DNA of 64,000 nucleotides from Clostridia bacterium. GTDB lineage: Bacteria > Bacillota > Clostridia > Christensenellales > CAG-138. Shown one piece after another: positions 26,188-35,147 of the stretch. The stretch is taken from contig JAFWVQ010000027.1 in NCBI GenBank assembly GCA_017523925.1, positions 5,018 through 69,017 on the forward strand, given 5' to 3'. The translations under genes and the position numbers were made by a program. Within the stretch, counting starts at the first letter, position 1, and each line of letters opens with the position of its first letter. Under the pieces are notes generated by a model that was given only the letters and a program-made list of their open reading frames with translations, was not told the DNA's origin and searched no databases.

Positions 26188-27668
26188 TTTTCACACCTCG
26201 ATATCGTATTTTCAACGTCAATGATCGCCGCGCCGTCCGCGGAGAAGGTGATGGAATCCGCTGTTTCGTGGGTGTAGATCACGAAGCTTGCCGCCTGCTC
26301 GCCGTCGTTTACGAACACCTCGAGGCTGTACCTGTCCATGATGATGCGCACCTTCAGCTCGTCCTTGGAGTTTATCGGGAAATCGCGCACGTTCACTATG
26401 TCGTGCGGGAAGCCGGAGCGGGAGCGGTCAACGCGGATGGTGTTGTTTTCGGGCTTGTGGCGGATCGTGGTGACGCGCTCGCCGTCCTTTGCAACGTTTA
26501 TCTTGAAGTAGCGGTACATCCTGCTGCTGTTGCCCGGGCGAACCGTGACGGTCATATCGATGAAGCGGCCCGATATGCCCTGAAGATTGGTCTCATCGGT
26601 GATCATAACGCCCTTGTAACTGACGTTGTTCACGCGGAAGCGCTCTATCTCGCGCACGGGGTTCTGGATCAGCCTGCCGTCGCGGATGGAGAGCTCCCTC
26701 GGAAGCGACATCTGGCCGAAGAAAGGCAGCTTATGGTATTTGCAGCCCGAGGTCTCCCAGCTCTGCATCCAGGCGATCATGATGCGCCTGCCGTCCGGCG
26801 ATTTAAGAGTCTGCATTGCGTAAAAATCGGTGCCGTAATCCACGGTCTGCGTATTGTCGCGCAAAAGATGCTTTATGCTGCGATCGTATCTTCCGATTAT
26901 GCAGAGGGTGGAGTTGCCGGGGTGGAACTCAAGCCCCATGCTCGTCATATCCTGCGGGCTTGTGAGCAGAACGTGCTTGCCGTCGAGCTCGAAGAAATCC
27001 GGGCATTCCCACATCTTGCCGAACTGGTTGTGGCAGGAGGCGAGCACGGATGCAAACTTCCAGTCAAACCCGTTCTCGCTCTCAAACAGCAGTATCGAGC
27101 CGCTCTTATCCGCGGAACGGTTGCCGACGACCGCCCAATACTTGCCGTCCTCGTGCCAGATCTTCGGGTCGCGGAAGTCGATCGGGCTGCCGCCCTCGGG
27201 AAGATCCTTCGCATCCAGCACGGGGTTTGCTTCGTACTTTTCGTAGTTCAAGCCGTCGCCGACGGCGAGGCACTGGGTCTGGGTGCTGACAACGGAGCCG
27301 TTGTTTCGCCTGGTGTTGCGATTGCCGGTGTACATCAAAAGATGACGGCCGTCCGGCATTTCGACCGCGCTTCCCGAGAAGCAGCCATCCTTATCGTAAT
27401 GCTCATCGGGCGCAAGCGCGCAGGGAAGGCGATCCCACTGGATGAAATCGGTGGTCTTGGCGTGGCCCCAATGCATACAGCCCCACTTGGTGTCATACGG
27501 GTAGTATTGAAAAAACAGATGGTATTCGCCCTTGTAAACGGAGAAGCCGTTCGGGTCGTTTATCCAGCCCACGCCGCCCGTTACGTGGAAGGCGGGAAGA
27601 TCGGAGGGGTTGAGGTTTTTCAGATACTTATTCTCAAAATCGCGAGCCTTTTGAAGCTTGGTTTTCAT
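26142..27668 (-). CDS. GH32 beta-fructofuranosidase / sucrose-6-phosphate hydrolase (cytoplasmic)
   Basis: GH32 motifs WINDPNG, FRDPK and WECPDFF. No signal peptide. Confidence 0.9.
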   Translation of the reverse strand: MKTKLQKARDFENKYLKNLNPSDLPAFHVTGGVGWINDPNGFSVYKGEYHLFFQYYPYDTKWGCMHWGHAKTTDFIQWDRLPCALAPDEHYDKDGCFSGSAVEMPDGRHLLMYTGNRNTRRNNGSVVSTQTQCLAVGDGLNYEKYEANPVLDAKDLPEGGSPIDFRDPKIWHEDGKYWAVVGNRSADKSGSILLFESENGFDWKFASVLASCHNQFGKMWECPDFFELDGKHVLLTSPQDMTSMGLEFHPGNSTLCIIGRYDRSIKHLLRDNTQTVDYGTDFYAMQTLKSPDGRRIMIAWMQSWETSGCKYHKLPFFGQMSLPRELSIRDGRLIQNPVREIERFRVNNVSYKGVMITDETNLQGISGRFIDMTVTVRPGNSSRMYRYFKINVAKDGERVTTIRHKPENNTIRVDRSRSGFPHDIVNVRDFPINSKDELKVRIIMDRYSLEVFVNDGEQAASFVIYTHETADSITFSADGAAIIDVENTISRCEKWQTGSMYAPLARCL

Positions 27669-27848
27669 AGCCGGTACTCCTTTTCTGCTTTTTCAATACT
27701 CCCCGCAGGATATGCCTGCGGAGAGTAAAGAGGATAGATGATGCTTCCGCCCGAGCTTATGTCGGGAGAAGCGAAGAGATAGCGATCATAACTCGATCAA
27801 AACGCGATCAAAACACGATCCGGAACCTCCGGACGCGGCCGGGAACCG

Positions 27849-28499
27849 TCAATCGTGGTCGTTCAGCTCCTTCTCGGTGCGCTCCCTGTCGTCCTCGCTC
27901 ATATGCCGCATGAAGACCGATTCGATCATATAGCTTGTGATCCACACGGTCCCGGCGGGATAGAGTATCGCAAGGCCGGGGATCGCGAGCACCAGCGCCG
28001 CAAGCCCGAGGATCAGCAGCATTATGCCGATCGAGCGCAGCGGATGCGCCATGAGCAGGTAGAAGCTGTATCGGAGCATATCCTTTACGCCGCCCTCAAA
28101 GCGCGCGCAGTAGGCGAACAGGTATTGCGCCCAGACCGCCGCAACGAAGAGCAGAACGAGCAGTATGCCGAACAATGCTCCGAGCGGATGACCGTTTTTG
28201 ATCAGATAACGGATGGTGACCACGTCGAAGATCAGAAACAGTATCATTCCGAGCATCGGCAGCCACGCAAGAGTGGAGCGCTTGAAATTTTCCTTAAAGG
28301 ACTCCCAGAAGGTTTGCCAAAGATAACCCTCGCCGAGGCGAACGTGATGGTAGACGGCTGCATAAAGCGCCGTGGAGGAAGCGCCGATCGTGAAGATCGG
28401 GATCGAAAACACGAACCACAGCACGCTCAGCGCGATCACGTCGAACAGCTTGACCAGCACCCTCATTATGGGGTTATCCACCGAAAACAATTGCTTCAT
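27849..28499 (-). CDS. YesL/DUF624-family membrane protein
   Basis: The N-terminus NPIMRVLVKLFDVIALSVLWFVFSIPIFTIGASSTALY is typical of YesL proteins found in sugar ABC loci. Confidence 0.75.
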   Translation of the reverse strand: MKQLFSVDNPIMRVLVKLFDVIALSVLWFVFSIPIFTIGASSTALYAAVYHHVRLGEGYLWQTFWESFKENFKRSTLAWLPMLGMILFLIFDVVTIRYLIKNGHPLGALFGILLVLLFVAAVWAQYLFAYCARFEGGVKDMLRYSFYLLMAHPLRSIGIMLLILGLAALVLAIPGLAILYPAGTVWITSYMIESVFMRHMSEDDRERTEKELNDHD

Positions 28500-28513
28500 G
28501 GGAGACCTCCTGC

Positions 28514-30037
28514 TTATTTCATGGTGTATTGCGCAAGCTCTGTGAACTCAACGCTGTTGTTTTCTGCAAACAGGTAGATGCTCTTTCCGCTAATGCCGTA
28601 CAGACGAACGGTGAGCGCCGCTATGCCGTCAAGATAGAACACGCCCACGGAGCCCTCCTGGATATAGGTGAAGGAATAGGTCGTGTTCGGCTCGGTATCG
28701 GCAATGGTCTGGGTTATCGGCGTGGTGCCCTCGTTGAAGCTGACTGCAAGCGTGTCGTTTGCAAGGGTGATGAGCTTATACTTATCGGCTCTGCCGTTGT
28801 AGTCGAAGGCAAGACCGAACGCGCCGTTTCCCGTATAGGAGAACTTACCCTTTATCATGAAGCGCTCGTATGCGGTGAACGCCTCGGTGTAGGAATACAG
28901 CGTTCCCGCTTCCACGGTCGCCTTGGTGTCGTCAAAATGCAGCTCGCGGCGGTCGGTGAAGGCGTTTTCGATATTCTCAACGGGCTTGAAGACCAGCTCG
29001 CCGTTCACGTTCTCGACCTGCGAGAGCACGAGATTGCCCGCCCATGCGGAGACCTCGGAAAGCGAGGACGGCGATTCGCTGCGCCTTGCCCAGCCTACCA
29101 TGTAGCAATCGGTGCCGTTGTCAACGTGCTTTGCCGCGTAGAACAGCTCGCCGTCGATGCGCACGGGCTCGGTGTACGGGCCGTACTGAGAATCGGAGGA
29201 GGCATACCAGAGCGTGTCGTCCTGCCCGGAATAGGTGATGAAGTACCTGTCGCCGAGCTTGAAGGTGTCGCTGCATTCGAGATTCCAGAAATCGCCGGTG
29301 GGATCGGTGATTATGATGCCGTCGTATTCAAAGCCGCTCAGATCCTTTGCGAGCGTGAACTTGATGACCCTTGCAACGCCGCCCTGCGCGGCGGTGACGG
29401 TGAGCTCGATAACGCCCTTCTGCTCGTTGTAGTAAGCCTGAGGATCGCGGAAGTCGTTCTTCTGGCCGAGCTCCGCAGGCGGGGTGAGCTCCCAGCCGTC
29501 CACCTTGGTGAAGGATGTCGGCGAGTCGCCCTCGGCGACCATTATCTTCTCCTTGTATTCATACGAATCGGAGCTTGCGTGGCCTGTATAGAAGAAATAG
29601 TATTTCTCATCGACCTTTACGACCGAGCCCGTGCCGATCCATGCATCCTGGCCGCCGCTGCGGGAGGACTCGAGAATGGGCTCCTGATACTCGGTGTAGC
29701 TCAGAAAATCGGTGGTGGTTGCAAGGTAGACCGAGTGATTGTAGGAATCCCCCGCTTCCTTGAGGTAGTACATGTAGTAGACTCCGTCCTCATAGTACGG
29801 CATCGGATCGCCTACGTAGGGCTGGCTCACGCCGTCCGTTTCCGGGAGGAAGAAGAGCTTGTAGTCGTAGGCCGCTTCCTGGCTGCCGGGCGTGCGCAGG
29901 GTGGAAACATCCTTGTCGTAATCCGGCTTGGCGAACTCTATGCCGGAGGTATTGCTTTTTTTGGCGCAGCCGGAAAAGAGCGTGGCTGCCATCGCTGCCG
30001 CAAGCAGCAGGATCATAGCTTTTTTGAGCATGCTCAT
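28514..30037 (-). CDS. extracellular GH32-family fructan hydrolase lipoprotein with C-terminal beta-sandwich domain
   Basis: Start ATG 30037 has AAAGGAG upstream. Lipobox LFSGC. GH32-like motifs GDPMPYY, FRDPQ and ECSD. Confidence 0.75.
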   Translation of the reverse strand: MSMLKKAMILLLAAAMAATLFSGCAKKSNTSGIEFAKPDYDKDVSTLRTPGSQEAAYDYKLFFLPETDGVSQPYVGDPMPYYEDGVYYMYYLKEAGDSYNHSVYLATTTDFLSYTEYQEPILESSRSGGQDAWIGTGSVVKVDEKYYFFYTGHASSDSYEYKEKIMVAEGDSPTSFTKVDGWELTPPAELGQKNDFRDPQAYYNEQKGVIELTVTAAQGGVARVIKFTLAKDLSGFEYDGIIITDPTGDFWNLECSDTFKLGDRYFITYSGQDDTLWYASSDSQYGPYTEPVRIDGELFYAAKHVDNGTDCYMVGWARRSESPSSLSEVSAWAGNLVLSQVENVNGELVFKPVENIENAFTDRRELHFDDTKATVEAGTLYSYTEAFTAYERFMIKGKFSYTGNGAFGLAFDYNGRADKYKLITLANDTLAVSFNEGTTPITQTIADTEPNTTYSFTYIQEGSVGVFYLDGIAALTVRLYGISGKSIYLFAENNSVEFTELAQYTMK

Positions 30038-30142
30038 AACCGTTTTTCTCCTTTCGGGTATCTTGGAAGAAGCGGCTCCCGCTCCGAATGGCGGATCTGA
30101 TGGGGCGCCACAGCGCCCCATCCGCAAAGATCGGTATGCTTA

Positions 30143-30693
30143 TCAGGAGATCTTCATCTGATAGATGGTGATGCCGGTGAATTCGACCGTTACTTCGCCC
30201 ATGGAGGCAAGATCCGCGGAGCCGAACTGGAACAGCAGCTCAAAGTCCATATCGGTGATGAAGGTGTCGGTGGTGGTGAAGGTGAAGGTCTGCTCATCGG
30301 TGGTGATATCCATGCCCTCGGATACGCGGGGATCCCAGCTTCCGATGGGGTTGAGGAAAACGCCGCAGGAAACGTTCTTGTCCGCCTTGACCTTGATCTC
30401 AACGGTATAGTAGCTGTCCGCCTCAAGGGTGAGGGGGTTCTCGCGGTAGCCGCAGATGAGCTTGTTGTGCCAATCCACGGTGCCGCCCTGATCGATGCGG
30501 TAGAAGAAGGAGCCGTTCTCAGCCCAGATCGTGCCTACGCCGAGCTCGTTGTCCTCATCGGTGCCGTTGAAGGTGGTGAAGGGGATATCCTTGTTCTCCG
30601 CGTTCTCGGTGCCGTTGCCGAAAGCGATGAAGCGATCTTGTCGCCCACGGTGTCTCTGAGCGCATTTTTCTTCTTTAAGGGTTTGTTGGCCAT
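30143..30693 (-). pseudogene. carbohydrate-binding-module-like protein gene disrupted by an 8-bp tandem duplication
   Basis: The well-spaced start ATG 30693 (8 nt after GGAGG) is in a different frame from the 185-aa ORF. Removing one copy of ATCGCTTC/ATCGCTTT (30621-30636) fuses MANKPLKKKNALRDTVGDKIA to FGNGTENAENK. Confidence 0.6.
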
Positions 30694-30706
30694 GTTGCAT
30701 ACCTCC

Positions 30707-31669
30707 TTACCACAGGGAGTTCTCGGAGAACCGCTTGGAAGTGGTGTTCGCGATGATCAGCAGGATAACGTTTATGACCGAGTTGAAAAGGCCGATCGCC
30801 GTTGCATATGCCTGATCCGGCACGCCGGTGAGACCGCGCTTGTAGACGTAGGTCGAGATCAGCTCGCTGACGCCGAGGTTGCCGTCCGTCTGCATAAGCA
30901 GCGCCTTTTCGTAGCCAACGTCCATGAGACCGCCGATGCTCATGATGAGCATAACGCTTATCATCGGCATTATCGCGGGCAGATCGACGTGGATCACCCT
31001 CTGGAATCGCGTTGCGCCGTCGAGGATCGCCGCCTCATGCTGCTGCGGGTCCACGTTTGAAAGCGCCGCGATGTAGATCACCGCGCTCCAGCCGAAGTCC
31101 TGCCAGTTGCTTGAAAGAATGTACAGCGGTCTAAACGCGGAGCTTTCGAGGAAGTATGAATACCTCTCCCCTCCCATGTGCGCAACAACGTTGTTCACAA
31201 GGCCGTAGCGCCCGAAGAAAAGGGTGAGCATACCGACCAGAACGACCAGGGAGATGAAGTGCGGAGCGGTGAAGATGGTTTGCAGGTATTTCGCCGTCTT
31301 CCTTCCCTTAAGCGAATTCAGCATCAGGGAGATGATGATGGGAAGCGGGAAACCGATGATGAAGCCGTAGATACAGATCAGGAAGGTGTTCTTCATCAGC
31401 GGCCAGAACTGCGGATCGGAGAAGAACCTTCTGAAATTCTCGAATCCGACCCAGATCGTGCTGCTTGAAAGGATCTTGTCGCCGGGCATGAAATCCTGGA
31501 ATGCAATCAGCACGCCGTAGATCGGCAGGTAGTTGAAAAGGAAAACGACCAGCACGGCGGGGAATATCATCAGAAGGAACGGCGCGTTCTCGCGGAGACT
31601 GCGCGCCCGCTTCTGACTCTTGCTCATCAGCCCGGGATTCTTGGCGAGCGGTTTGGCTTTTGCTTCCAT
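30707..31669 (-). CDS. sugar ABC transporter permease (LplB/YtcP-like)
   Basis: Six TM helices. EAA loop EAAILDGATRFQRVIHVDLP. Confidence 0.85.
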   Translation of the reverse strand: MEAKAKPLAKNPGLMSKSQKRARSLRENAPFLLMIFPAVLVVFLFNYLPIYGVLIAFQDFMPGDKILSSSTIWVGFENFRRFFSDPQFWPLMKNTFLICIYGFIIGFPLPIIISLMLNSLKGRKTAKYLQTIFTAPHFISLVVLVGMLTLFFGRYGLVNNVVAHMGGERYSYFLESSAFRPLYILSSNWQDFGWSAVIYIAALSNVDPQQHEAAILDGATRFQRVIHVDLPAIMPMISVMLIMSIGGLMDVGYEKALLMQTDGNLGVSELISTYVYKRGLTGVPDQAYATAIGLFNSVINVILLIIANTTSKRFSENSLW

Positions 31670-31797
31670 ATTAAGACACCTCGCTTCGATCAGAAATCGT
31701 AGGACTTACATACGGGAGCATCCTTTTTTGCGGATTCCTCGTCGTACCAAATGAGGTTTTTGTTCGTTTGCTTATCGAAAAGCTGGATGAGATCGGG

Positions 31798-32844
31798 TCA
31801 TGTGGTGAAGCTAACGGTCCTGCCCATGGAAACGTCGGTCGCAAGGTCCACGGTGGGGATCAGCTTTACCACCTCATCGCCCTCGCAGCGGGCGTGGAGG
31901 TTGTATTCGCTGCCCATCATCTCGCTGACCTCGATGGTCGCCTTGAGCTCGCCTTCGCCGACGGTGACGTGCTGAGGCCTGATGCCGCAAACGATGTCGC
32001 AGGGCTTGACGCCGTTTTGTTTAAGCGCCTTCTGCTGGAAATCGGAGAGCTTGAAGCGAACTCCGCGTATCTCGGCATGGAAAACGCCACCTTCCTCGAT
32101 CAGCCTGCAGTTGTCGAAGAAGTTCATAACGGGCATTCCTATGAAGCCCGCAACGAACAGATTTACAGGGCGGTTGAACACCTCCTGCGGCGTGCCGATC
32201 TGGTTCACGTAGCCATCCTTCATTATAACGATGCGGTCGCCGAGCGTCATCGCCTCGGTCTGATCGTGCGTTACATACATGAAGGTGGTGTCGATACGGG
32301 AGCGCAGCTTGATGATCTCGGCGCGCATCTGGTTGCGCAGCTTCGCGTCGAGGTTGGAAAGAGGCTCATCCATCAGAAACACCTTGGGATCGCGAACCAT
32401 CGCCCTGCCGATCGCAACGCGCTGACGCTGACCGCCGGAGAGCGCCTTGGGCTTTCTTTCAAGATACTGGGTGATATCCAGTATCTCCGCGACCTCAAGC
32501 ACCTTCTTCTTTATCTCGGCCTTGGGGGTTTTGCGGAGCTTAAGCGCGTAGGCGAGGTTGTCGTAAACGGTCATATGCGGATAGAGCGCATAGTTTTGGA
32601 AAACCATCGCGATATCGCGGTCCTTGGGCGCAACGTCGTTTACAAGCCTGCCGTCGATATACAGCTCGCCGTCAGAGATCTCCTCAAGACCCGCTACCAT
32701 TCGCAGCGTGGTGGACTTTCCGCAGCCGGAGGGACCAACCAGCACTATGAACTCTTTGTCCTTGATCTCGAGGTTTACGTCGTGTACAGCAGTAACCTTA
32801 TTGTCGTAGACCTTCTTCAGTCCTTTAAGAATCACTTCTGACAT
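31798..32844 (-). CDS. sugar ABC transporter ATP-binding protein (MsmK/UgpC/MalK-like)
   Basis: Walker A GPSGCGKST, signature LSGGQRQR, Walker B VFLMDEPLSNLD, plus a C-terminal MalK-type regulatory domain. Confidence 0.9.
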   Translation of the reverse strand: MSEVILKGLKKVYDNKVTAVHDVNLEIKDKEFIVLVGPSGCGKSTTLRMVAGLEEISDGELYIDGRLVNDVAPKDRDIAMVFQNYALYPHMTVYDNLAYALKLRKTPKAEIKKKVLEVAEILDITQYLERKPKALSGGQRQRVAIGRAMVRDPKVFLMDEPLSNLDAKLRNQMRAEIIKLRSRIDTTFMYVTHDQTEAMTLGDRIVIMKDGYVNQIGTPQEVFNRPVNLFVAGFIGMPVMNFFDNCRLIEEGGVFHAEIRGVRFKLSDFQQKALKQNGVKPCDIVCGIRPQHVTVGEGELKATIEVSEMMGSEYNLHARCEGDEVVKLIPTVDLATDVSMGRTVSFTT

Positions 32845-32907
32845 TATCGGATCCTCCTTGTGTTTATTCGGGGATTTACATCCCTAATTGAGCTTGTTTA
32901 CATTTTG

Positions 32908-32931
32908 CCAACCGATTCATGCATCGTTTGG
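32908..32931. promoter_or_regulatory. 24-bp near-palindrome CCAACCGATTCA|TGCATCGTTTGG, candidate LacI-family operator
   Basis: 10 of 12 half-site positions are symmetric. Lies about 15 nt downstream of the -10 of the sugar-operon promoter. Confidence 0.5.
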
Positions 32932-32947
32932 GCTTTTTGCCAATCCC

Positions 32948-32976
32948 ATCATAGACCCATATTTGCAGATTGTCAA
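32948..32976 (-). promoter_or_regulatory. promoter of the sugar operon, TTGACA-17-TATGAT
   Basis: The minus strand reads TTGACAatctgcaaatatgggtcTATGAT. Confidence 0.6.
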
Positions 32977-33051
32977 GATATAGATTATATCTTTTTACAC
33001 TATTTTACACGACTCACAGTTAAATGCGCACAGCTTTACATCTTGCAAAGC

Positions 33052-33080
33052 TTGATTTTTACTCTTTGCTGTGTTATACT
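33052..33080 (+). promoter_or_regulatory. promoter of the LacI-family gene, TTGATT-17-TATACT
   Basis: Read directly on the plus strand. Confidence 0.5.
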
Positions 33081-33106
33081 CTTTTCAACGATCGAGTTAA
33101 CATGGA

Positions 33107-34159
33107 TTGGAGGATATGATCGTGGCATTAAAGCGCGTAACTCTAAAGGATATAGCCGATGCATGCGGGCTGTCGAGAAACACCGTTTCCAAGGTGTTCA
33201 ACGCTCATGCTTCCGTTCCCGAGGCAACCAAAAAAGCCGTGCTCAAAAAAGCGCAGGAGCTTGGCTACGGCAGGCTTCCGGACAGCAGCTCGGAGGACGA
33301 GCCTCTGATCGAACGAAGCATCGCCCTTCTTGCGCAGCACAAGCTGATGGGGCATAATTTCGGCGCATATTTCATCACGAGCTTCACCGATCAGATCTGC
33401 CGCAGCGGCTACACCGTGAAGATCTACGAGGTATCCCCCGAGGAGATCGAGAAAAAAAGGCTTCCGCCGCATTTCGATGCGGGCAAGACGAGCGGCATCC
33501 TCTGCATCGAGCTCTTCGACAAGGCGTATCAAAACATGGTCTCCTCGCTCGGCATTCCCTGCATCTTCGTAGACGGCTACGTCGGCTCGAACCACGCGCT
33601 GCTGAACTGCGATTTCATATCCATGGAGAATTACGCGGCGATGTTCGCCCTTATGGATAAGCTTTTTGAAAACGGAGCGACGCGCATCGGCTTCGTTGGC
33701 GACAGGGATCACTGCAACAGCTTCTTCGAGCGCTGGGTCGGCTACGCTAACTCCCTTATGGCGCGCGCCTTGAAGTACGATGATTCGATCTCCATCCTCG
33801 ACGCGGACTCCGCAAGCTACGGCGACGGCGCATGGTACGTTGACAAGCTTCGGAAAATGCCCTTCATCCCCGATGCATTCGTATGCGCGAACGACTATAT
33901 CGCCATCCACCTCATGGCCGCGCTCAAAAAGCTCGGCAAGCGCATCCCGCAGGACGTTATGGTCACCGGCTTCGACTGCTCCCCGGACGCTGCGCTCGTT
34001 GAGCCTTCGCTGACCACCGTTTCGATAAAAACCGCCGAGATCGGCAGGCTGTCCGCCGATGTGCTCGACAACAGGATCCGCTATCCGGAGCGCCCGTTCC
34101 GCCGCGTTTCCGTGCTGTCCACCCCGGTTTTCGCCGAAAGCACCGATAGAAAGAAATAA
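33107..34159 (+). CDS. LacI-family transcriptional regulator
   Basis: N-terminal HTH VTLKDIADACGLSRNTVSKVFN plus a periplasmic-binding-protein-like sugar domain. The true start may be ATG 33116 or GTG 33122. Confidence 0.85.
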   Translation: MEDMIVALKRVTLKDIADACGLSRNTVSKVFNAHASVPEATKKAVLKKAQELGYGRLPDSSSEDEPLIERSIALLAQHKLMGHNFGAYFITSFTDQICRSGYTVKIYEVSPEEIEKKRLPPHFDAGKTSGILCIELFDKAYQNMVSSLGIPCIFVDGYVGSNHALLNCDFISMENYAAMFALMDKLFENGATRIGFVGDRDHCNSFFERWVGYANSLMARALKYDDSISILDADSASYGDGAWYVDKLRKMPFIPDAFVCANDYIAIHLMAALKKLGKRIPQDVMVTGFDCSPDAALVEPSLTTVSIKTAEIGRLSADVLDNRIRYPERPFRRVSVLSTPVFAESTDRKK

Positions 34160-35007
34160 TGCATATAAACAATAAAGAAGAGTATCTGAAAGCCCGAAGC
34201 CTCGCCCTGAAGGAAAAAAAGGAGCTTGAGAGCAGGGGGCTTTCCCCTTTTCCCGCCGTGCTCGACGAGGTTTTTCCCGAGTTCGTTCACGCAAACGCCG
34301 TCGCGCTTCCCATGCAGGAGATCCCCGCCGAACACATCGTCGGCACCGTTTCCGCAGGCAGGATAAGCGCGTTTTCCGCCTCTTTCCTGCCGCTTCCCGA
34401 AGTCGAAAGCGAGTTCGCAATGAAATGGGTCTCCCTGCTCGGCGCGCATCTTTCCGATACCGGGATACGCGAGCCGATCGAATGCTATGAGTACCTCGGC
34501 GAGTTCTACGTGCTTGAAGGAAACAAGCGCGTGAGCGTGCTGCGCTATTTCGGCGCGCCGAGGATACCCGCCAAGATAAAGCGCGTGCTTCCCGCCCCCA
34601 CGGACGACGAGCGGGTGATAGCTTATTATGAATTCCTCGATTTCCACAAGGCGACCGGCATCTACGATCTTCTTTTTCGCAAGAGCGGCGGCTATGCCCG
34701 CCTTCTTTCGGCGATGGGAAAAAGGGCCGACAGCGAATGGAGCGAATCCGAGAAAAAACGGCTCAGCGGCACTTTTTATTATTTTAAGGAAGCATTCAAC
34801 GCGCTCGGCAAAAAGGAGCCCGGGCTTTATCCCGAGGATGCGCTGCTGCTGTTTCTCAAGGTGTATTCCTACGCGCAGCTTTGCGAAATGTCCGCTTCGG
34901 AGATAAAAAAAGCGCTCTTGGCGCTTTGGGGCGACGTTAAGAGCACGGCCGAGCCGGAAGCGGTGATCGTTCGCACCGCGCCCTCCGGCGACGAGAAAAA
35001 AGCCTGA
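34159..35007 (+). CDS. ParB/sulfiredoxin-like domain protein; N-terminal part of a gene split by a frameshift
   Basis: The motif EPIECYEYLGEFYVLEGNKRVSVLRYFGAPRIPAKI resembles the ParB N-terminal fold. TAATG overlap with the LacI stop. Ends 4 nt after an A6 run. Confidence 0.6.
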   Translation: MHINNKEEYLKARSLALKEKKELESRGLSPFPAVLDEVFPEFVHANAVALPMQEIPAEHIVGTVSAGRISAFSASFLPLPEVESEFAMKWVSLLGAHLSDTGIREPIECYEYLGEFYVLEGNKRVSVLRYFGAPRIPAKIKRVLPAPTDDERVIAYYEFLDFHKATGIYDLLFRKSGGYARLLSAMGKRADSEWSESEKKRLSGTFYYFKEAFNALGKKEPGLYPEDALLLFLKVYSYAQLCEMSASEIKKALLALWGDVKSTAEPEAVIVRTAPSGDEKKA

Positions 35008-35147
35008 TCTCGAAGATCATTTCCGGCGCGCCGAAGCATCTTTCCATCGCCTTCATATTCAGGGGCAACGGGGAAAACAGCACCTGGACGCGCGGCCATC
35101 TCGAGGGGGCGCAGCACGTTGCCGCGGCGCTCTCCGATTCCGTTTCG

